Origin: the human T2T-CHM13v2.0 reference genome, Homo sapiens
DNA length: 64,000 nucleotides
Assembly: GCF_009914755.1 (NCBI RefSeq)
Contig: NC_060937.1
Strand: one strand, 5' to 3'
The position numbers and the translations under genes were made by a program. Every line of letters starts with the position of its first letter. Position 1 is the stretch's first letter. The notes below the pieces were generated by a model that had not been told where the DNA came from, searched no databases, and worked only from the letters and a program-made list of their open reading frames with translations. This document shows positions 52,343 to 64,000 of the stretch, in pieces.

Positions 52343-52653
52343 CAGGCCATGACCAACATTCACCAGTGTGGGAGAGCAGAGGATGGAAAGGTCAGCCAAA
52401 CACTGCCAAGCCAGGCCAACTCCTGAGAGCTTCTCTGGCAATGATTTCTGGCCCCTAGGTGCTCAGCCAAGTGATGACCAACCCAACGCCAATGAGGCAG
52501 CTCCCTGGGGAAGCTGAGTTAACAATATCATGTGATCAGTTAAACCAGTGAAAAAGTATGAAATTCTGTCAGTAAATGTTAGAGTTGGTAGAGGATGGGT
52601 TATAGCTTTGTTTTCAACACTCAGTGAAAATGAGCCCCTGGAGACAACCCTTC

Positions 52654-53702
<1,049 letters not shown>

Positions 53703-54914
53703 TGAGTTCTAACTGCACGTTGTTCATTCCACCACCAGAGCAGTTATCATTCTACTATAATTGTTCATCTGCATTGTCTTTCCTGTAACCTAAAATTCCT
53801 TAAGCTCGGCAACTGTCTATTTTTATTTTGTATCCTAGGACCTAATAAGGACTTTGGGTGCACTGGAGTCTATTTAGTGCTTCAGGAAGTAGATTCTGAG
53901 CTTGGACTGCCTGCATTCCCAGCTCTGTTACTTGCTATCCTGGGACTTTGGACAAGCTACTTCGCATTCTGTTTTATTATCTGTAAAATGGAGATAACAA
54001 TGTTGACTTCTCAAGTTACTGTGAGGATTATCCAGGTGAAGCCACTGTGCTTGAGCAGGTGGGTAAGGGCTGGATCATAAGGCACAATTCCTGGAACATA
54101 GTAAGCATGCTAATTGTTATAAATGTTCACTGCATAGTGCTATCCTGACTGCTAATCCCTAACCTCAAAGTACTGATGAATAAACAACAGATACAAAGAA
54201 GTGCTGCTCTACCAGACAGACAGTAAATATAAGAGACGTATTTACTTACTTTAGAGAGAGCTGACGTGCTGTTTACTAATCTACCCATCATTGCTCTATC
54301 AGGCCCTTTTCCTGCTGGGCTATTCTAGGAAGATGGTATTTGAGATAAGCCCTGAAAGATAAGATGAAGTCAGCAGAAAGTGTAAGGGAGTGTGTCTTTG
54401 GACAGAGAGAAGAGCTTGTGCAAAGGCCCTGAGGCAAAAACAAAAATCAAGCAAAACCCCTCACTCCCTCCCACTCTACTAACCCCCTACTAACCCCACC
54501 ATTAACGAGAAAAATAGAGGGTGTTCCAGGGACCAAGAGGAAGCTGCTGTATCTGATGCTTAGAAAGTTACAGAGATGTGTCAATGGACCTGGTGCTAAA
54601 TAATAATAATAAATAATAAAGTTAGAAGGAAAGAAGGATGAGAAGAAGTTGACAAAGAAAAATTAGATCATGCAGAACCTTGTAGGAAAGCATATGGGTC
54701 TCATCCAAGGTGTGATGGGAGGTTTTTAGGCCGTGTAATAAGACGATCTGTTTTCTGTTTTTTAAAACAGATTGTCTGACTCAGGAGGCTTTTGTGTTAA
54801 TAGATAAACTGTGAATTCAAAAGAAAAGTTATTGACTATTTCAAAGATTAAACAATGACTTTCCCATGTATCTTTGAAATTGTTAAAAGCCATTTTAATT
54901 TCCAGAATGTATAG

Positions 54915-55254
<340 letters not shown>

Positions 55255-56194
55255 TAAAAGTAGATTTACAAAAGTCCACAGGCATGTAAGTGTAACGTTT
55301 TAATTTTCTTTTTATGCCACAGCAAAGGATGAATTCTTGTTGGTAATTTTTTGATTAGATCATTTCAGGCAGATCTTACATTCAGAAGTTTTATTGCCAT
55401 AGCTACTATGGGGAAGGCCTTGGTGATCATTTGCAAAAATTTTGTTAAGACTTGAATTGTAAAATTCTGCTTGCGTCTATTGCTGTTTTAAAAATGGCAG
55501 CTACAATTTCAAGGCTTAAGTGAAGGTAATGGAAATCATTTCTTTAAGTGAAAGGGGATTAAATGGTACCTATGTAAATTCTATACACTTAAAAGATTAA
55601 TTTCCATCAAATGGGAAATATTTTTCTGTTATACTTTCTTACCTGAAATAAATTCGTTCATTTCTATGTAATTTTAAAAACGGTTTTACTGATAGTTTTA
55701 TCTATAGCTTTACAAATTGGCAATTTCAATAGTGAAATAATTACTTTTTGGTGTATCCTTAATGTTGTTAAAAGTGACTTTAATTTCCGGCATTTTCTTT
55801 TGCAAGAGTTGACTCTGGTTGTTTCGTGGTAAATATATGAAGTGGAGGCAGCAGTGGAATCTAGACCAGTAAGGAGGCCGTTGCGAGAGACAGGCGAGCT
55901 GAGGGCGGCTGAGATGATGCGCAGCCCTGGGGGAAAAGGAGGGAGCTGAGATGCAAGCATACCCAGGGCGTGGAAATGACAGGCCCTACCGAGACATTGG
56001 ATGTGGAGGCAAGAACGAGGCAGGAATCACAGAGTGTACCCCCAATTCTGGCTCCCGTAGATGGCTGAATGGTGTCACCAGTGAGTGAGATGGGATTGCT
56101 GGGGCTAGAGAGGAACTGGTTTGCCAGATGGTGAGGGAATCAAGGGCTCCACTTTGGACATTTTACATTTAAAGCAAACCATGCCAGAAAGTGG

Positions 56195-56545
56195 ACCTCA
56201 GGGAGGTAGAGAGCAGAATGGTGGGTACCAGAGGCAGGGAAGGGAAGGGGTGGATGAAGAGAAGTTGGCTAGCAGCCACCAAAATATAGTTAGGTCAAAG
56301 GAATAAGTCCTAGCATTTGATAGTACAGTAGGAAAATTAGAGTTAACAACCATTTATTGTATATTTCAAAATGGCTGTGAGAGGAGATTTGTAATGTTCC
56401 CAACACAAAGAAAAAATAAATGTTTGAGGTGATGGATATGGCAGTTGCCTGTTTCGATCACACACATTGTGTACATGTATCAAAATATCACATGTACCTG
56501 CCAAATTTGTACAACTATGATATATTAATTTTTAAAAAATAAAGC
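56195..56545 (+). mobile_element. L1MA 3' end inserted into L2-like sequence (~55820-57050)
   Basis: AATAAATGTTTGAGGTGATGGATAT...AAAATATCACATGTACC. The flanks are purine-rich and L2-like. Confidence 0.75.
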
Positions 56546-57119
56546 AAAGCATGCCTCCAAGTGGATTTGTCCTATAGGAAGCTGGATGGAGAAGTCGGGG
56601 GATTGGAGAGGATTGGGTGTCCTTTTGGAGATCCTTAGCATAGAAATGGCATCCTCATTAGAAAGGATGCTGTCACCCAGAAGAGAGCATAGAGGGGAGA
56701 AGAGAGGCTAGAGCCAGCCCTGGAAAGCCAACCTTTAGAGTTGTGCATCCATGCAGGGGGAGGCAGAGAGAAGCCTGCAACAGGTTCTGAAAAAGAACAG
56801 CCAAAGAGGAAGGAGACAGAGCAGTGGAGCTTCGGAAGCCAGGAGGAAAGTGAGGAAGTAGTTAGGTAAATCCAGTGCAAAGGTCAAGTAAGATAAAAAC
56901 AGAAAGCCGGTTATTTGGATTTGCAATATGGAGGTGTTAAGCGGCTTGGACAGGAGTCGTTTGGAGAAGTCTGAGGACAGAAGCTGGGTTAGAGTGGGTT
57001 TGATGAGCACACAGGTGATGGGAAGTCAACATTGTTGACAGCTCTTGCAACAGTTAGTTTTGAGGTGACAGGGTGGCAGAGAAAGGCATAGGCAGCAGTA
57101 GGAGGCTGAGGAATAAAAC

Positions 57120-57304
57120 GGGTATGCTGGTAAATGTTTAGCAATGCACCCTCTGGAAAGTCAAAGCCTCCATTTGTGGTAATATGAATACTCTCACCAT
57201 GGCTAACATCAAGCTACCAACATGTTGTCAAACAGCTCATAAAATTCCTGAAAAATCTAGCATTGGCCCCTGGGAGGCACTATCACCCAGCTCCAGCACA
57301 CCAC
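57120..57304. mobile_element. ORSL-like hAT fossil
   Basis: Termini TATGCTGGTAAATGTTTA...CTCCAGCACACCAC resemble recalled ORSL ends. Confidence 0.45.
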
Positions 57305-57666
57305 ATCATCGGGGAAGGGCTCTTCTCAGAGAGGTGGGCACTAAAACACACTGGCAAGCCCTTGGAAAGCCCTCCTGAGTAGAAAGAGAGAGCATTGTTT
57401 CAGGACAGCAAATGCATGAGCAGGGAAGGTGAGACAGGAGGGAACAAGGTGCCAGGTGCTAATAGGTTTGTTGATTTGAGGGTGGGAAGAGAGGAGAGGC
57501 CCCTTTCATGTCTGCCCTTTTGTAAGTGAAAAAAACAAAAATAAAGGCCTTCAGCTGACAGTGATTGGAAGTGGTCTGGATGGAGTGGGAGGATGGTTAT
57601 GGTGGAGGTGTGTGAACAGGAGTAGGAGATGAACAGGAAGGTGTGGAGGGTAAGGGGGATGGGATC

Positions 57667-58414
<748 letters not shown>

Positions 58415-60127
58415 GATTGAGAGACTGGGGAGAATATAATGACACAGTGCAGGGTGTAACCTGCCTGTGGGTGGCTGCTGTCAAGACTATTGAGTAAAGA
58501 GCCGGAGAGGCCAGTGTAGTGGATGTGCCATCTCCCTGAACACTGAAGTGACCACGAATGCTGCAAGAGTTGGGGTGGAAAGGAAGACAGGCAGCCAGGA
58601 GTGAAAACCCTTAGTACATGAGTGTGTGTATGTGTGTGTGTGTGTGGGGGGTGGGTAGCGGGAAAAATCCTGGAAGTCTGTGTGTGACATTCATTAGGAG
58701 GAGGAAGAGGTGACATGTGAGCATGTGAGTGGTGTGAGGGAGGGAGAGACATGGTCTGCAAGTGGTAATGTGACTCAGGAACACACAAATTTGTTTCTGG
58801 TCCTGAGATCCAAGCGGGGATGTGTGAGAGAGAAACAGTCTCTCATGGGTCGGACTGCAGTGTGGAACATTCTCAGGGTCAGCTAGGCTCTCCCGAAGGA
58901 ATGAGGTAGAGCTGGAGGGGTTTGCTGATTGTAGAGGGGTGACTCCTGGGGGGTCAATGGAGGGTTGGTGGGGATTGGGTCCCATTGGGATGAACACAGC
59001 GGTATGGTGTGTGATCCTGGGTGATCAGAGAGGCCTGGATTTCTGGCAGTGATTATGGTAAGAATGGATGTGAGGCATGCAACCTTGTTTGGAGGCAGCA
59101 CATTCCACACCAGTATGCCTCCAACATTATCAACAAGATGTCAGGCTTGAGGAGCTATGAGACATTACCTGATTTAACCTCAGTGAACTGAAAATCTACA
59201 AGCATCATCTGGCATCCCCCAATCACCGAGTTCCTTCATTTAGAATCTCCTGAGTTCCAGCTCAGTTTTCTGGCAACAAATTTTGATTTCTTGGCCTAGG
59301 ATACTCCTGTCTCAGAGAGGTTGTCTTTCCGAAATTTAACTTCACATTTCTTTCATGTGTTCCCTTCGGTTTTCTTCTCCTGGCTGGGTTTTTGTGATGT
59401 GTCAAAGAGTTCCTTTTATAGGATTTGTTTTCCCTTAGTCGTCAGCTTGTCAACTCAAAACATATTATTTGCGAGGGTGTTTTCTTTAATGACTCAAACT
59501 TTTCTCCTGAACATGAGGGAGGCCCCCCAAAATTCTCCCTAGTCCAGTTTATCTCCTCGATTGATGTAGGAGTATTAGTAGTAATTGATTTATTAATAGT
59601 AGTATTTCTCCCTCCTTGTATAAGTCATTTGAAAAAGTCCCAGATGGAATACATGGACCACAAATATTTTTCTGTAGAACTTAGAAGATTCTTAGTTGTC
59701 AACCAGATATGAGAATGCAGTCTGTTCTGTTGCCTTAACTCAACTGAAAGTTGGCAACTCCTATTTCAAAGGAAAAACATCACATTATGTTGAAGACGTA
59801 GGATTTCAAATGCTCAATTTTATAACTTAGAAGTCTTCATCTTTAGAACCCAGCCTCCGGAAACAAGAGAAATGCTATCTCGGGTTTCTGTTTTTTAGAG
59901 TGGTGGCTTTCAGTGTAGTAATAGTACAAATGAAAAATTCAACAAGGGTACAGGAACTGCTGATCAGAAATATGAGTCAAAGTTAATTTGGTGTGGGTGT
60001 TATTAGCATTAACTTTTAGTTCTGTATTCTCTAAAAAAGGTGAGAAAAACAAAAACAAAAAAGCAATAGAACATCAGACCCCCCCACCATTTTGTAAAAG
60101 ATGTCAAACAACTGGAGCATACAAATA

Positions 60128-60402
60128 ATTATTTTTTTTCTTTTAGAGACAGGGTCTTGCTCTGTTACCCAGGCTGGAATGTAGTTGCCCAATCTTGGCT
60201 CAGTGCAGCTTCCAACCTTCTGGGCTCAAGCTATCCTCCCACCTCAGCCTTCTGAGTAGCTAATTTTTTCATTTTTTGTAGAGGCGGAGTCTCGCTGTGT
60301 TGCCCAGACTGGTCTCAAAACTCCTGGGCTCAAACAATCCTCCCACTTTGGCCTCCCAAAGTGCCGGGAGTGTAGGCATGAGCCACTGTGTCCAACATAG
60401 CC
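60128..60402 (-). mobile_element. AluJ (internal deletion)
   Basis: Antisense AluJ motifs. Confidence 0.85.
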
Positions 60403-61498
60403 TCATAATAATAATTTAAAATGACATGTGTCCATTAGCATGGCTACTGCCCAGCTCAACTAACTGTATTCAGAAGCCCATAAGAGCCTGCAAAATAAGG
60501 TTTTTCTGGCTATAATAAACAAGGATTCCTGATATTGATTGTAATCCATAATCTAAGCCTGTTTTCATGATCCACTTATTCTACTCATATTTACTGAGTG
60601 TCTGATATATGCAAAGCACCATTAAGTCTTGTGGGGAGGCATTAATCCATGTAAATAACTAGCAATAATGCAAAGCACATGTGATAAGAAATAAAAGGAA
60701 ACCTCAAACGCTCTGGGGGTTTAAAGAAAGGGACATTATTTCTTGTCAGGGAACAAGAGATGGAATCTTAGAGGAAGTGGAATTTGATGGTGTGTCAAAT
60801 GATTAGTGAGTTTGAAACAGAAAGGAGACATGATGGGAAGAACAATCAAGGCAGGGAAATTGGTGAGAGCAAAGTTGTGTTGCATGCTTGGGAAATGCCA
60901 AGTAGCCTGGTTTGAGGGGAACACAGGACACAAAAATAATAGAAAATCATGCCCAGACTCGTATGGCTAACAAGCAAAAGAAATGTGATCTTTCTGGGAA
61001 AGGCAATGGGGACCCATTAAAAGTTGAGAGCTCTGCTCTGAGAGGGTTAATCGCCCAGCACAAGTAGGATGGTTTGGAGAAAGGAGGAGACTGATGCAGA
61101 GCTTCGGCTAAAACTCTATGTGTCTCATGGTCAAGATCGGTTACTGTTGTTATTATTTCACTATTATTATCATCATTATTATCTTTCGCAATATTTATTA
61201 CATGCCTACCACATGCCAGGCACTATTCTAGGCCTTGGGGACATTCAAATGATCAAATCAGACTCCAATGGATTGCATATTCTCATCGGAAGGGCAAGAG
61301 AATAACCAAGAGTAAGGGGGACATTCCAGGTTTGATACGTGTTATTAAGAAAATAAAACAGAGAATACTTTCTTTTCCTGGAATTGAATAGGGGAGGTTA
61401 CTTGAACAGCCCTCCCGCTGAAAACAACTGAAAATGCTATGTAAAATGCATTTTTTAAAAATCTTGAAAGCTCAGATACAATAGTAAGAAATTCGCTA

Positions 61499-61894
<396 letters not shown>

Positions 61895-62638
61895 TCAGCA
61901 TTAGGCTCACCAGAAGAAAACCTCCATCCCCATACTTTGCAATATAATCTCTGCTAAAACTCTGAAGGAGTTAGGCCCTGTTCAAATACACAATTAACTT
62001 TTTCTAGAAAGTTCTCCTGGACCTTGAAGGTGGCTGAGATGATCGGAAATGAACTACCAAAGTTTCAGTTATTCGGGGTGCTCTGTGGATAGACAGGATA
62101 AATCCATTGGAAAATACATCTTCCTTGGCATGAAGAGGAGATCAAAGGATACTGCACCCTTCTCTCCTTCCACTGAAGTTCACAGCAGTCATAGAATTAG
62201 GTAGTTGGGAGATTAACACTTGGTATTTTCATGATCTGCATATGCCAGAAAGCGAAGCCTGCAGCCAGGCAGCTTTGCTGTCTTAAATGGACGTATTTGG
62301 CAGTAACTAATATCGTCCTCTAAAACAGCCGGCACCATCTTGACCTGGAGGCAGCTCCTTCCTTCTCAGCTTGATTACCCAAAAGGCAGTGTGCCCATGC
62401 AGCACCGTGAAAGGTGGCCAGATGGAGTCAGGAGCCTTCATTCTGGTCACAGGATGAATGCCTCACACATTCATTAGTGGCAGAATGTCATTACACCTGC
62501 AGCATGGGAACAGAAAATGAAGTCTTTACAGATAATTTTCCACTGGCTGGTTCCAATTACCTAATAAAGCAGAGGAGAAAAGAAAGTTTGTACAAATGTT
62601 ATGAATTTTTATATTATTACAAATATTTACACTATTTT

Positions 62639-62906
62639 TTTTAAGGGACAGGATCACGCTCTGTCACCCTGACTGGTGTGCAGTGGCATGATCATAGCTC
62701 ATTACAGCCTTTAATTTCTGGGCTCAAGTGATTCTCTGACCTCAGCCTCCCAAGTAGCTGGGAATACAGGTACATGACATCGTGCCTGGCTAATTTTTAA
62801 AAAATTTTTTTAGAGATTGGGGTGGGTGGGTGGTCTCACTATGTTACCCAGGTTAGTCTCAAACTCCTGGCCTGAAGTGATCTTCCTGCCTCGCCTTCCC
62901 AAGTAG
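62639..62906 (-). mobile_element. AluJ
   Basis: Antisense Alu with TSD TTACACTATTTT (62627-62638, 62907-62918). Confidence 0.85.
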
Positions 62907-64000
62907 TTACACTATTTTCTTAGTCTTTCCATCTGTGACTAGCTCACAGAAGTTTTAAGTTGACTCAAACAATAGTACAATTGATTGGCAGCTATTAGAC
63001 ATCTTACATTTCCTAAGCTTTACAGAAAAACTCTGCAAGGTAAATATACAAACAGTATAAAATATAAATAATGTAAAAGAAACTGAGGCTCAGTGAGAGA
63101 AAGTAGGTTCAGTGTGATTCTTGTATAACACCCGGTCCTTCTCCAAGTAGTATTTAATCACCTGTTTAAGGCAGGTCTCCCCTCCAGGCTATGAGCTCTG
63201 AGATCAGGAACTACATTAGACTTGTTTACACCTGTATACGCAAGGTTAAGCAAGGGATATATATTAGGTGTTCAGCACACTTCGGTTGAATGGAAGAACA
63301 AATGAAGGAAAGAAAACTGTGTCCAAGGAAACATGTTTGTTTGTATAGAGATATTTTGGTGAAGTCCTTATTTGAGAGGAAATGGCCCGGCACCATCCCT
63401 AACATTCTTACATTAGTGTGTTTCGGAAGCTGGAAGCGGTTGATCTCAGAGGCATGTCGTAAACCTGCTAAGAGCAGCTGGTTATTCTAACTCATCGCTC
63501 AGTCCATAGAACAGAAATTGCTTTAAGATTGAAGATTGAAGTGGTCAGGTGTGTTCTGATTACTTTAATGAGCGTCACTCTCTCTCACATCTGATAAAAT
63601 ACCTTATGGTCCAGAGTTCTGTGTTTCAGATAAACCATGTCTCTAGAACATTGTTGTATTTTCTGTTGTTTTCCCTCTAGAGAAAGAGGGCAGTAATGTT
63701 TCTGTAGTCCGTCCCCCTGCGCCTACCTTCCGCCAGCTCATGGCAACTATAAAGGGAATGAGGCTTTCATTCCTAACTGTTTGCAGGGGGCTTGAGTTCC
63801 CAAATGAGCATATACGACCAAACTGATATAATAGAAACTCTTAAGTTGCCTATAAATTATAGTACTCTATTTTCTCTTAGTCTAAGAGCCACTTTACCTC
63901 TGGGATTGGAGGGGTTGACTGTGTCCTAATAAAGCAGAGGAGAAAAGAAATTTTGTACAAATGTTACAAATTTTTATATTATTACAAATATTTACACCAT

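Overview
Primate (human-like) genomic DNA, not microbial. The left end holds the 5' end of FLT1 (VEGFR1) on the minus strand: part of intron 1, exon 1 encoding the signal peptide MVSYWDTGVLLCALLSCLLLT, a 285-nt 5'UTR, and a CpG-island promoter with TATA, EGR1, ETS, CRE, HRE, a p53-type site (C allele at -677) and an ERE half-site. The remaining ~60 kb is upstream intergenic DNA rich in Alu, L1, L2, MIR, MaLR/ERV LTRs and hAT fossils. No other ORF is credibly coding. The most notable element is a ~2.7 kb 5'-truncated processed retrocopy of the lncRNA NORAD (44241-46947, + strand). It keeps the ~320-bp repeat units, hairpins and a few Pumilio elements, appears to lack NORAD's own internal Alu, and is fused in sense to a 3'-truncated MER52 LTR. 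Also notable are an orphan bipartite CpG island ~36-38 kb upstream of FLT1 with ETS/SOX/FOX/GATA/HRE motifs and non-B-DNA-prone repeats, an Alu-Alu unequal-crossover duplication, and a local direct repeat at the right edge. Repeat subfamily calls and literature matches come from recall and need RepeatMasker/BLAST confirmation.
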